The notes beneath the pieces are model-generated. The model was not told the DNA's origin. It saw only the letters and a list, made by a program, of their open reading frames with translations, and ran no database searches. From NCBI RefSeq assembly GCF_000619845.1, contig NZ_JHUX01000012.1:1-32000 (forward strand): a stretch of 32,000 nt of DNA. The letters run 5' to 3'. The position numbers were made by a program, and so were the translations under genes. This DNA is from Alkanindiges illinoisensis DSM 15370. Lineage in GTDB: Bacteria; Pseudomonadota; Gammaproteobacteria; Pseudomonadales; Moraxellaceae. Of this stretch, positions 11,501 through 19,763 are shown piece by piece; positions within the stretch are counted from its first letter, which is position 1; each line of letters begins with the position of its first letter.

Positions 11501-12778
11501 CACAGCAAGGGACATCTGGTTACCGTATCCCGTTCTGCAGAAATTGGTGTGGCAGATGATCTGGGTCGTGAGCGCGAGCGCTATAAAGTGCCTTACGGCT
11601 CGTCCATTATTGTTAAAGATGGCCAGGCTGTTGAGGCTGGTGCGGTCATTGCAACCTGGGATCCGCATACCCATCCGCTGATTACCGAAGTAGCAGGTAA
11701 GGTTCGCTTCTCGCAAATTCTGGACGGTTCAACGGCAACCTCCAAAACTGACGATGCAACCGGGATGACCACCGTTGAAATTCTGGCGGTAAAAGATCGT
11801 CCGGCTTCTGGTAAGGAATTGCGTCCTGCAGTGGTACTGGATACTGTTGATGGTGGTGAACAGTTCTACTTCCTGCCACAAAACACCATTTTAAGTGTTC
11901 GTGATGGTGACAGTATTGGTGTCGGTGACGTTATTGGCCGTGTACCGCAGGAATCATCACGTACCCGTGATATTACCGGTGGTCTGCCGCGCGTCGCTGA
12001 CCTGTTTGAAGCCCGTAAGCCAAAAGAGCATGCAATTCTGGCTGAAGTGTCTGGTGTGGTGAGCTTTGGTAAAGAAACCAAAGGCAAGAACCGCCTGGTG
12101 ATTACGCCGGATGATGGCACTGAAATCTACGAAGAGCTGATTCCAAAATGGCGCCAGATCAACGTGTTTGAAGGTGAGCATGTAGAGCGTGGTGAAGTGA
12201 TCTCTGACGGCCCACAAAACCCGCATGACATTTTGCGCTTAAAAGGCGAAGCGCCTTTGGCCAATTATATCGTGAATGAAGTGCAGGACGTTTACCGCTT
12301 GCAGGGTGTAAAAATCAACGACAAGCACATTGAGGTGATTATTCGCCAGATGCTGCGTAAGGTTGAGATCCTGGATGGTGGTGATTCCAGCTTCATTAAG
12401 GGCGAGCAGGGCGAATACTCTCGTGTGATGGAAGAAAATCAGGCGCTACAGGCTCAAAATAAGTTCCCGGCCAAGTTTGAACGCTTGCTCATGGGTATTA
12501 CCAAAGCCTCGCTGTCCACTGACTCCTTCATTTCTGCTGCATCGTTCCAGGAAACTACCCGCGTTCTCACCGAAGCGGCGGTTACCGGTAAGGAAGATGA
12601 TCTGCGTGGTCTGAAAGAAAATGTGGTGGTAGGCCGACTGATTCCTGCGGGTACTGGTTTGGCATACCATCTGGAGCGTCGTCGTCAGGAAGCTGAAGCT
12701 GCTGAAGCTGAACTGACTACCGACTTCTCTGAAGTGGATCAGGCCTTTAGTCAGGCATTGAATGAAGAACAAATTTAA
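8585..12778 (+). CDS. rpoC: DNA-directed RNA polymerase subunit beta' (TTG start)
   Basis: Homology to E. coli RpoC (MKDLLKFLK...) begins at [11 protein letters not shown]. The in-frame TTG at 8585 has GGAG 7 nt upstream and gives 1397 aa. The 8552 ATG adds 11 non-conserved residues. Confidence 0.93.
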   Translation: MKDLLDIMRKKTDSENVGNVEFDRIRIGLASPEMIKSWSHGEVKKPETINYRTFKPERDGLFCAKIFGPVKDYECLCGKYKRMKYKGVICEKCGVEVTTAKVRRDRMGHIDLASPVAHIWFLKSLPSRIGLLLDMTLRDIERVLYFESYVVTDPGMSPLEKYQLLSDEEYYTALEEHGDEFVAKMGAEAVQDLLRDIDLEAEIARLREEIPQTTSETKLKKSSKRLKLMEAFRDSNNKPEWMVMNVLPVLPPDLRPLVPLEGGRFATSDLNDLYRRVINRNNRLKRLLDLSAPDIIVRNEKRMLQEAVDALLDNGRRGRAITGSNKRPLKSLADMIKGKQGRFRQNLLGKRVDYSGRSVIVVGPTLRLHQCGLPKKMALELFKPFIFAKLQASGQATTIKAAKKMVERETPEVWDVLASVIREHPVLLNRAPTLHRLGLQAFEPTLIEGKAIQLHPLVCTAFNADFDGDQMAVHVPLTLEAQLEARALMMSTNNILSPANGEPIIVPSQDVVLGLYYISRDAINAKGEGMIFADTDEVNRALGTKQVALHARIKVRVKETIVEDDGQRTVNDRLVDTTPGRCLLWSVVPTGMGFDQINDTMTKKNISKLINTCYRKLGLKATVLFADQLMYLGFRQATLSGVSVGMEDMLIPPTKDEIIGKADAEVREIEHQFEQGFVTAGERYNKVVDIWARTNDQVAKAMMDNLSYETVVNKQGQEEKQKSFNSIYIMSDSGARGSAAQIRQLAGMRGLMAKPDGSIIETPIKANFREGLTVLQYFISTHGARKGLADTALKTANSGYLTRRLVDVAQDLVITEPDCGTTDGLFMTPLIQGGDVIEPLRDRVLGRVVAVEVLKPGSDEVFAEANTLLDEQWVDRLEQAGVDEIKVRSVITCKTRFGVCAKCYGRDLARGHLVNAGESVGVMAAQSIGEPGTQLTMRTFHVGGAASRTSAANSVQVRNKGSIRFHNIKTVQHSKGHLVTVSRSAEIGVADDLGRERERYKVPYGSSIIVKDGQAVEAGAVIATWDPHTHPLITEVAGKVRFSQILDGSTATSKTDDATGMTTVEILAVKDRPASGKELRPAVVLDTVDGGEQFYFLPQNTILSVRDGDSIGVGDVIGRVPQESSRTRDITGGLPRVADLFEARKPKEHAILAEVSGVVSFGKETKGKNRLVITPDDGTEIYEELIPKWRQINVFEGEHVERGEVISDGPQNPHDILRLKGEAPLANYIVNEVQDVYRLQGVKINDKHIEVIIRQMLRKVEILDGGDSSFIKGEQGEYSRVMEENQALQAQNKFPAKFERLLMGITKASLSTDSFISAASFQETTRVLTEAAVTGKEDDLRGLKENVVVGRLIPAGTGLAYHLERRRQEAEAAEAELTTDFSEVDQAFSQALNEEQI

Positions 12779-12804
12779 TCTTTCATGATTAAATAGTGTT
12801 TAAT

Positions 12805-12831
12805 AAAAAGGGAGCTTCGGCTCTCTTTTTT
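12805..12831. terminator. Intrinsic terminator after rpoC (A-tract / hairpin / T-tract, potentially bidirectional)
   Basis: AAAAAGGGAGC-TTCG-GCTCTCTTTTTT. Confidence 0.75.
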
Positions 12832-12905
12832 ATGGCTGGTTTTTATGACTTATTTTTCAAGCTTAAATACGAAGACCTAAATGCTACAACTTAAGCATTT
12901 AATTT

Positions 12906-13277
12906 TTAACGGCTAGGGCAATCCTTGCCTTGTGAATACCAGTCAGTGACCAGATCATTTTTTAAAATAAACGCCACTTGGCAATCAGCACGAATGCTGT
13001 AATTGGATGAAGGGCGTGGGGTTACATAAGTTCCTCCCATATTATTGACTAGAGGTGGAGTGATGGTTGGGGTAGGAATTGGAATATTGACCATAACGGG
13101 TCTAAACACCAGAATGGTTTGGCCGTCTTGTTCAATCCGTTGATCCGGTGTACCAAACTCAGCAGTCAGGCGTGATGCAGGCTGGCCATTAAAATAATTC
13201 ATGGTGGTCGTAAAGCTTTGGGTCGTGGCGCAACCTGATAAAACAAATAAGCTTGAGATAAAAAGACTTTTATACAT
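12906..13277 (-). CDS. Small lipoprotein, function unknown
   Basis: MYKSLFISSLFVLSGC carries the lipobox LSGC. I prefer the ATG at 13277 over the TTG at 13283. The mid-region is Pro/Thr-rich. Confidence 0.7.
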   Translation of the reverse strand: MYKSLFISSLFVLSGCATTQSFTTTMNYFNGQPASRLTAEFGTPDQRIEQDGQTILVFRPVMVNIPIPTPTITPPLVNNMGGTYVTPRPSSNYSIRADCQVAFILKNDLVTDWYSQGKDCPSR

Positions 13278-13409
13278 AATCAATTACCCAGTTCTTAGAT
13301 ACAGAAAAATTAGCTGCTCAGTTGAGTATGCTGTTAATCAGAAATTATGGCTAAAAATGACTCTTAGTTGTTATAACGCTATACCTTGGCATCTACTAGT
13401 AACATCGCG

Positions 13410-13763
13410 TTATTCAGGCAGGGCTGCAGTCACGGTAATTTCAATCAGTACATCGTTGTGATAGAGGCGCGCTTCTACAGTGGTTCGTGCAGGTGCTGCA
13501 ACGGTCATCCATTCATCCCAGACTGCATTCATGGCTGCGTAATCCTGCTGAATATCTTTTAAATAAATCGTGGCTGACAGTAACCGTGATTTGTCTGTGC
13601 CTGCTTCGGCCAGAAAGCGGTCAATATTCGCCAGCGTCTGCCGGGTTTGTTCACTGATATCACCTGAAAAATCATCAGCAAGCTGGCCTGCCAGATAAAC
13701 GGTGCCAGAGTAAATTACAATTTCGCTAAAACGCTTTGCTGGGTGAAACCGGGTGATGCTCAT
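13410..13763 (-). CDS. RidA/YjgF/TdcF-family (reactive intermediate deaminase-like) protein
   Basis: 117 aa with a family-typical pattern: VYLAGQLA, QTRQTLANIDRFLAEAG, ATIYLKD, ARTTVEA. Confidence 0.85.
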   Translation of the reverse strand: MSITRFHPAKRFSEIVIYSGTVYLAGQLADDFSGDISEQTRQTLANIDRFLAEAGTDKSRLLSATIYLKDIQQDYAAMNAVWDEWMTVAAPARTTVEARLYHNDVLIEITVTAALPE

Positions 13764-13960
13764 AGCGTTATTCCAAAAATTTATCCAGTGTAAAGGGCTG
13801 CGATTTAAACACAGTCGGCAGTTTTTTTAGAGAAATTTCTCAAAGTCAGTTCAATGTTATCCAGGCTAAACAATATCTTTATACGGCTAATGTTTTACGC
13901 GAAAAGATTTGAATAAACGCAGGTAGGTTGCTACATTCGGAAACATAATATGAAGGAACT

Positions 13961-14791
13961 GTGGACGGCTACATGGACAAAATAGCCTTGGGTTTACTAA
14001 TGGGCCTGCTGGTATCCAGCATGACCCATGCGGAGTGTCCGTACAGTTTTGATGCCCATCCGACCCAGCTGGCGATTTATAGCCTGTTGCAAGAAGGCAA
14101 TACCACCATGCTCAAGCCATTGGTTACCACACCCGCGCAACAGGTTTCCATTAGTCTGCCTGACATGCCACAAAAATATATGACCTCCTCACGCAATGGC
14201 ATTGAAAACCTGATTCAGCGTATCAATGACCATAGTGTGGCTGCTGGCGATATTACGGTTCCCAATACGGGCAAGCTGGCGCTGGAATTTAAAATAGACC
14301 AGCTTACTACCCAAATTAAAACACCCGACAATTACTATAAATTTGGTGTGGTGATTTATGGCAGTAGTGACCAGGCGCCCGGGCAAAGTGACCTGATGAT
14401 TGAGCTTAGCCTGACCAACTCGGCGCTTAACCATCATCCTGAAGCGTTTATTAATATTATGGGTGCTAATATTGCAACCCATCGCTGGGAAGCCAGCAGC
14501 TACCCCTTGAATTTGCCACTGCCGGCAGAATACCGCTTGGGCCTGTATCTTGATCAGGACAAGGGAAGGCTGGGAGCGATTATCAATGGCAAGGATAAAG
14601 GCTATATTAGCCAGAAGATTCCAGCACATATTGACCGGATTGTGATTGCCCCGTTTATCTTGTCTGACCTTGACCCGACCAACCCGCTGGTTGGCTCAAT
14701 GCTGGCAGGCACTGTGATTACTGACGCCAGCCAGATGAAGCTTCGTTACCCCAGAGCCACCCGTGATATCTGTGGTGTGTCCCTGCGTTAA
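13961..14791 (+). CDS. Secreted hypothetical protein (possible SPRY/ConA-like beta-sandwich)
   Basis: Signal peptide KIALGLLMGLLVSSMTHA-EC. The start is ambiguous (GTG 13961 or ATG 13973). There is no family I can name with certainty. Confidence 0.65.
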   Translation: MDGYMDKIALGLLMGLLVSSMTHAECPYSFDAHPTQLAIYSLLQEGNTTMLKPLVTTPAQQVSISLPDMPQKYMTSSRNGIENLIQRINDHSVAAGDITVPNTGKLALEFKIDQLTTQIKTPDNYYKFGVVIYGSSDQAPGQSDLMIELSLTNSALNHHPEAFINIMGANIATHRWEASSYPLNLPLPAEYRLGLYLDQDKGRLGAIINGKDKGYISQKIPAHIDRIVIAPFILSDLDPTNPLVGSMLAGTVITDASQMKLRYPRATRDICGVSLR

Positions 14792-14878
14792 AACACTACC
14801 GAAAACAACTGGATTTCAGCGCAGCGTTGCATTAAAAAAGAGGCTTTGTAAAACAACAAGCCCTTGCTGGAGTATGCA

Positions 14879-15673
14879 ATGAAACAGGTATTAACGGTCA
14901 ATGAAGTCGATGGCTTTATTGAGGGGAATGGCCCGCAAACGCTGGTGATGATTCACGGCTGGCCCGACACCTACCGGATCTGGGAAAAACAGATTGAATT
15001 TTTTAAGACCCGTTATCGCTGTGCCTATTTTACCTTGCCCGGTTTTGACCATGACAAGTCACGGCAGGCATTTTCGCTGGATCAGGTGATTGAAACCATC
15101 AAGGCCGTAGTGGATGAAGCCAGTCCCGATCAGCCTGTACATTTGATGCTGCATGACTGGGGCTGTTTTTATGGCTATCAGTATGCCATGCGTTATCCGC
15201 AGCGGGTAGCCAGTATTGTGGGCGTGGATGTGGGTGATGCCAACAGCCGGGCTTTCCGTAAATCCATTACCCCTAAAAAAGCGGCCATGATTGCCGGTTA
15301 TCAGTTGCCCTTGGCGCTGGCCTGGCGGATTGGTGGCGCAGCAGGTCGCCAGATTGCGCGGGGTGTGGCAAAAACCCTGAAAACGCCCTCAGCATTAAAT
15401 TTAATCCGCGCCAATATGGGTTATCCCTATTACATTCAATGGACGCAAAAGTTTGGTTCATTTAAGGGTGCGCGTGATCTGGATTTTCAATGTCCACTAT
15501 TTTATATCTATGGCAAGAATAAGCCTTTGATGTTTCACTCAAGAGAATGGCTGGAACAACTGGAACAGCAACCTTCGAATAAGGTAGAGGGGTTTAATAC
15601 CTCACACTGGGTGATGGTGGAGGCGCCTGAGCAATTTAATCAAACGGTGCAGGACTGGTTATCGACTTTATAA
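14879..15673 (+). CDS. Alpha/beta hydrolase, Asp-nucleophile type (epoxide hydrolase / dehalogenase-like)
   Basis: HGWPD oxyanion motif and LHDWG nucleophile elbow. The ATG at 14879 has GGAG 6 nt upstream, whereas the track starts at TTG 14864. Confidence 0.85.
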   Translation: MKQVLTVNEVDGFIEGNGPQTLVMIHGWPDTYRIWEKQIEFFKTRYRCAYFTLPGFDHDKSRQAFSLDQVIETIKAVVDEASPDQPVHLMLHDWGCFYGYQYAMRYPQRVASIVGVDVGDANSRAFRKSITPKKAAMIAGYQLPLALAWRIGGAAGRQIARGVAKTLKTPSALNLIRANMGYPYYIQWTQKFGSFKGARDLDFQCPLFYIYGKNKPLMFHSREWLEQLEQQPSNKVEGFNTSHWVMVEAPEQFNQTVQDWLSTL

Positions 15674-15699
15674 GTATCAGGTTGTGATGCGTAACCCAT

Positions 15700-15738
15700 A
15701 AAAAAACCCCTGATCAATAATCAGGGGTTTTTGTTTTT
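15700..15738. terminator. Bidirectional intrinsic terminator between the hydrolase gene and tRNA-Ser
   Basis: A7, then CCCCTGAT (15707-15714), loop CAATA, ATCAGGGG (15720-15727), then TTTTTGTTTTT. Confidence 0.8.
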
Positions 15739-15774
15739 CCATGGATCAGGCTTTAAAGCCAGGTGGAAAAAATC

Positions 15775-15865
15775 TGGCGGTGAGAGAGGGATTCGAACCC
15801 TCGATACGGGGATACCGTATACACACTTTCCAGGCGTGCTCCTTCAGCCACTCGGACACCTCACC
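15775..15865 (-). tRNA. tRNA-Ser (anticodon GGA), class II with long variable arm
   Basis: The reverse complement reads GGTGAGGTGTCCGAGTGGCTGAAGGAGCACGCCTGGAAAGTGTGTATACGGTATCCCCGTATCGAGGGTTCGAATCCCTCTCTCACCGCCA. Anticodon loop CTGGAAA, 91 nt. Confidence 0.95.
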
Positions 15866-15986
15866 AAGGCGTGCGATTCTAGCCAAAAAACAGCGCTTTG
15901 CCAATCGCTATTTTATGTAAAACCCACTTTATTGATTTTTTTTCGGTGCTACTATGGCCGGATTATAACGAGATGTTCATTTTGCT

Positions 15987-17864
15987 ATGCAAACACAAAC
16001 GCATCGTGCTGCTTTACCAGCCATTACGCTGGCCGCACTGGGGGTGGTATTTGGTGATATTGGAACCAGTCCGCTGTATGCCTTAAAAGAATGTTTTCAT
16101 GCAGCACACGGTATTCAGATTACACCGGCCAATGTGCTGGGTGTGTTATCGCTGATCTTCTGGTCGCTGATGATTGTCGTGTCGTTTAAATATGTGGCCT
16201 TCATCATGCGCGCCGACAACAATGGCGAAGGTGGCATCATGGCGCTGTTGGCTCTCAACATGCGAAGCAAACGGATTGGCCCTAAAACCCGTTCTGCATT
16301 AATTGGTATTGGCCTGTTTGGTGCCGCCCTGTTTTTTGGCGATGGTATTATTACCCCGGCAGTATCGGTATTGTCTGCCGTAGAAGGCCTCTCCATTGCA
16401 ACTCCTGTGTTTACGCCTTATGTAGTGCCCATTACCATTGCCGTACTGGTGGTGCTATTCATGATTCAGCGCAAGGGCACAGGTTTGGTTGGCAAGTACT
16501 TTGGCCCCATTACCCTGTTATGGTTTGCGTCCTTAGGCGTGCTGGGCGTACTCAGCATCATGCAGAATCCGGGCATTCTATGGCTAGTGAACCCATACTG
16601 GGCAGCGCATTTTGTATTTTTCCATCCTGGTATCGCATTTTTAACCATGAGTGCGGTGGTGTTGACCATTACCGGGGGCGAGGCGCTTTATGCCGATATG
16701 GGACATTTTGGCCGCAAACCCATTCAGATGGGCTGGTTTTTTATTGTGTTGCCGTGTTTGCTGCTCAATTATGCCGGACAGGGCGCATTATTATTACGGG
16801 AACCAACAGCCGTTGAAAATCCGTTTTTTAAGCTGGTGCCGGATGTTGCACTGTATCCCATGATTGCGCTGGCTACGCTGGCTACAGTGATTGCTTCACA
16901 GGCGGTCATTTCCGGTGTATTTTCCATTGCACGCCAGGCCATGCAACTGGGTTATTTGCCACGCATGACCATTTTGCACACCTCGGAATCGGAAATTGGC
17001 CAGATTTACATTCCTTTTCTAAACTGGCTGTTGCTGGGTTCCATTGTCATTCTGGTCGCTGCTTTTGAATCCAGTTCCAATCTGGCCGCAGCGTATGGCC
17101 TTGCGGTCACCATGACCATGATCTGTGACACCCTGCTGGTGGGCTTTGTGCTGTATAGCCTGTTACGCTGGCGACCTGCCAAGGTATTGTTAATTGTGGT
17201 GCCGATTTTATTGCTGGATCTGGTGTTTTTTAGTGCCACTTCACTGAAAATTCTGGCAGGCGGCTGGTTCCCGCTCATGGTGGGCGCCGTGGCCTTTACC
17301 ATCATGATGACCTGGAAGCGTGGTCGTAAAATTACTTTTGACAAATTGCAGCGTGACACTCTGCCGCTGGATATTTTTATCAAAAGCCTGCATTCCGCAC
17401 CCAATATTGTGAGTGGCACCGCTGTATTCATGACCGGGAGTCCCAACGTGGTACCCCATGCCTTATTGCACAATCTCAAGCACAATAAGGTACTGCATGA
17501 GCGTAATGTGCTGATGACCATTCGCACGCGGGATGTGCCTTATGTTGATCCCAGCGAACGGGTAGAAGCCGAACAACTGGATGACCGTTTTATACGCGTA
17601 AGAGCCTCATATGGTTTCAAGGAACAGCCGGATGCTCCCCAGGCGCTGGAACAGGCACTGGCTTTGCTGGACCAGTCTTATGACACCATGACCACCAGTT
17701 TTTTTGTGTCACGCGAACGGCTAGTGCATACCGTGGGCGAGGGCATGGCACCCTGGCGCGAAAAACTGTTTATTTCTATGCAGCGCAATACCAGTTCAGT
17801 GAGTGACTTCTTTCAGATTCCCCCCAACCGGGTGGTTGAAATGGGTACGCAAATAGAAATCTAG
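15987..17864 (+). CDS. kup: Potassium uptake transporter Kup (KUP/HAK/KT family)
   Basis: 625 aa, collinear with E. coli Kup by eye: [64 protein letters not shown]. Confidence 0.97.
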   Translation: MQTQTHRAALPAITLAALGVVFGDIGTSPLYALKECFHAAHGIQITPANVLGVLSLIFWSLMIVVSFKYVAFIMRADNNGEGGIMALLALNMRSKRIGPKTRSALIGIGLFGAALFFGDGIITPAVSVLSAVEGLSIATPVFTPYVVPITIAVLVVLFMIQRKGTGLVGKYFGPITLLWFASLGVLGVLSIMQNPGILWLVNPYWAAHFVFFHPGIAFLTMSAVVLTITGGEALYADMGHFGRKPIQMGWFFIVLPCLLLNYAGQGALLLREPTAVENPFFKLVPDVALYPMIALATLATVIASQAVISGVFSIARQAMQLGYLPRMTILHTSESEIGQIYIPFLNWLLLGSIVILVAAFESSSNLAAAYGLAVTMTMICDTLLVGFVLYSLLRWRPAKVLLIVVPILLLDLVFFSATSLKILAGGWFPLMVGAVAFTIMMTWKRGRKITFDKLQRDTLPLDIFIKSLHSAPNIVSGTAVFMTGSPNVVPHALLHNLKHNKVLHERNVLMTIRTRDVPYVDPSERVEAEQLDDRFIRVRASYGFKEQPDAPQALEQALALLDQSYDTMTTSFFVSRERLVHTVGEGMAPWREKLFISMQRNTSSVSDFFQIPPNRVVEMGTQIEI

Positions 17865-17906
17865 CTATTTGTTAAAAAAAATTAATCTAAAGTAACAGAC
17901 ATAAGT

Positions 17907-17930
17907 AAAGCTGGCACTAAGGCCAGCTTT
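17907..17930 (+). terminator. Probable kup terminator
   Basis: AAAGCTGGC (17907-17915) pairs with GCCAGCTTT (17922-17930), followed by AAATTTTTG. Confidence 0.5.
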
Positions 17931-18011
17931 AAATTTTTGCAAGCTAACACAGGAACGTGTTAAGAATGAATGAGGGTGCTTGCAAAACTGTTTACCTGGG
18001 TTAAGGAAACC

Positions 18012-18389
18012 TTAGGGCGCCGTAGCTTGAGGACTGGTTACTGGCGCATCAGTACTATTAGACATATTCATGTCAGAAGTCATGGGCGTGCCCATATTAT
18101 TGCTAGCGTTGCCATTGCTGGAATCTGACATGCTGCCATGCATATTAGAGGACATGCTGCCCATTTGCGTACCAGAAGTGCTATTCATAGTGGAGCCCAT
18201 GCCAGAATTCATCCCGCTGGAAGGCATCATCTGGCTATCACTGCCACGCATGTTGGTTTGTAAGGTGGTTAGGGGAATGCTGTTGACAGTAGTGCCTTTG
18301 GGCGGGGTTGGCTCAGCCAGTGCCAGCATTGGGGTACAAAGCGCAGCAGTAAGGGTGGTTAACGTGGCAAGTTGTTTTAAGCTTTTCAT
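18012..18389 (-). CDS. Secreted Met/Ser/Asn/Gly-rich low-complexity protein
   Basis: GGAGAG lies 5 nt upstream of the ATG. 25-aa signal peptide ending ALA-EP. The mature 100 aa contain 14 Met by my count, in S/G-M-S/N/G repeats. Confidence 0.65.
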   Translation of the reverse strand: MKSLKQLATLTTLTAALCTPMLALAEPTPPKGTTVNSIPLTTLQTNMRGSDSQMMPSSGMNSGMGSTMNSTSGTQMGSMSSNMHGSMSDSSNGNASNNMGTPMTSDMNMSNSTDAPVTSPQATAP

Positions 18390-18798
18390 TCAATCTCTCC
18401 AATCTGTTCTCATGGAATAGGTATAGTCAAAGTGCAGCTTTAGAACGCTGTATCTTTATTTACCCAGTCTCTATGACGTAAAATTATTAAGGTACAGACC
18501 AGTGATGCTTAAAAGCGCTAACAGATTCAAATCTTGCATAAAATCTGGCCTGACACTGGACAACAGCTTTAATACTAATTTGTTTTTCTAAAATAAATAT
18601 AAAGGAAGCGTATGTTATGTAAGTGCTCATGCAACTTCGCATAGGGTTTATGTTTCAATGCTTTGAGCAGTGTTGCAATGATCGTGGACTGATGGACTCG
18701 TGTTAAACACTTATATAGTAGCCAGTGACCGGGATATATATTTAATAAGAATTAAGGACAATCACAATCAAGAATAAGCCAAGCAGCATAGTGCAGGC

Positions 18799-18954
18799 AA
18801 AAAAATAGGCAGTTCTAACCGACTGCCCTTATTTTGCTAAATAATGAACTGCTGTATTCCTGGCAATAATTAACGTAGGAGAGTGCAGGATTGTTAATCA
18901 TGCCAAGAAGCAGTTCATAGGGGCTATTTTATACAGATCTGTCTGGTTAAATAT
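18799..18954 (-). ncRNA. Candidate trans-acting sRNA (5' end approximate)
   Basis: Read on the minus strand: a long imperfect hairpin (18918-18844) with a C/U-rich loop, an AU-rich spacer, then the terminator GGGCAGU-N8-ACUGCCU followed by A+U7 ending near 18799. A possible promoter TTTACA-N17-TACCAT lies at 18989-18961. There is no coding potential. Confidence 0.35.
18844..18918. repeat. Hairpin element copy 1 (22-nt conserved core at 18869-18890)
   Basis: Stems ATGAACTGCT/AGCAGTTCAT, TGGCA/TGCCA and ATTAAC/GTTAAT. The core ATTAACGTAGGAGAGTGCAGGA is identical to 19274-19295. Confidence 0.7.
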
Positions 18955-19263
18955 TAGACTATGGTAGTATTGTATGATATGTCTGTAAAAAACTTATAAA
19001 TTTTGAACTGCATCACATTTTTAAAATTTCTTGGCATAAAAATTATCTAGTTTTACGTTTGTTTTTAAAGCAATTTTTTTATTTAATAAGTTTTAGTTCA
19101 TTAGAGCGTCATTTTGTGTCGTAAAGTATTAAAACTTAATTACCTGATGTCGCAAAGCTCTTATACTTTTTTACTTACGAGATAATAAAACAGGAATGCC
19201 CCATTTTACAGTGAATTGCCAAGGCGTGCAGTGATGTGCAGTAGCTGTATGAAAAGCTGCCAA

Positions 19264-19312
19264 CAGGTTATTCATTAACGTAGGAGAGTGCAGGAATTTA
19301 ATGAATAACCTG
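19264..19312. repeat. Hairpin element copy 2 (22-nt conserved core at 19274-19295)
   Basis: Perfect 15-bp stem CAGGTTATTCATTAA (19264-19278) / TTAATGAATAACCTG (19298-19312) with a 19-nt loop carrying the same core sequence. Confidence 0.7.
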
Positions 19313-19379
19313 TGATAGCCGTATTAGGGTAGTTTTTACAGTGAGCCTCCTGATACGGCAGAGGAACTGTGACTAGCCC

Positions 19380-19763
19380 TTAGCGGGTTGCAGTGCCAGA
19401 AGAGTTACTGCTGCGTGAGGACTTGCTGGCTTTACTACCAGTTTTGGATTTCGTTGTATCGCTAGTATCTGTTGTTGTATTGGCGCTGTCAGTGGCACTG
19501 CCAGCCGGTGAAGCAGTGCTGGAGGCGCTGGAAGGCAGGGTAACGCTTGCACCATTTTGAGTGCTGGCGGTTGTACCAGTGGTAGTACCATCCAGGCTGC
19601 TATCTGTGCTCAGGCCAGCACTGGCACTAGGGGTAGTAACAGTAGCGCCATTACTGGCAGCAGGACTGCTGGTTGCGGTCGCAGCAAATGCAGGCAGGGT
19701 TAAGGCAGCGCTAAGTGCAGTAAGGGCAACAATACGACGGGTGAATGAATTTAATGCGAACAT
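19380..19763 (-). CDS. Secreted Ser/Thr/Ala-rich low-complexity protein with a basic C-terminus
   Basis: The ATG at 19763 has GGAG 6 nt upstream, whereas the track starts at GTG 19796. Signal peptide MFALNSFTRRIVALTALSAALTLPAFA-AT. The mature part is almost entirely S/T/A/G/N/D. Confidence 0.65.
   Translation of the reverse strand: MFALNSFTRRIVALTALSAALTLPAFAATATSSPAASNGATVTTPSASAGLSTDSSLDGTTTGTTASTQNGASVTLPSSASSTASPAGSATDSANTTTDTSDTTKSKTGSKASKSSRSSNSSGTATR

Noticed and set aside
835-12772. Dozens of 60-250 aa ORFs antisense to or out of frame within nusG, rplK, rplL, rpoB and rpoC (for example 835-1104, 3569-3907, 6832-7548, 10055-10747, 10961-11716)
   Set aside because: They lie entirely inside strongly conserved genes. 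Their translations are low-complexity or Arg/Ser/Thr-skewed and lack SD sequences. These are typical shadow ORFs.
13201-13461. 86-aa plus-strand ORF spanning the lipoprotein and RidA genes
   Set aside because: It overlaps the 5' end of one minus-strand gene and the 3' end of another. It has no SD and no recognisable features.
12800-15775. tRNA-Ser(GGA) as a genomic-island integration site
   Set aside because: No integrase, no recombinase, and no direct repeat of the tRNA 3' end that I could see on either side. The flanking genes look like ordinary chromosomal cargo.
15731-16086. ORFs 15731-16057 and 15898-16086
   Set aside because: The first runs through tRNA-Ser(GGA) on the opposite strand and into the kup 5' region. 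The second is out of frame with kup. Both are spurious.
18070-18420. 116-aa plus-strand ORF antisense to the Met-rich protein gene
   Set aside because: It has no SD before its ATG, while the minus-strand frame has GGAGAG-N5-ATG and a canonical signal peptide. Low-complexity genes commonly leave the complementary frame open. The ambiguity is real and needs expression data.
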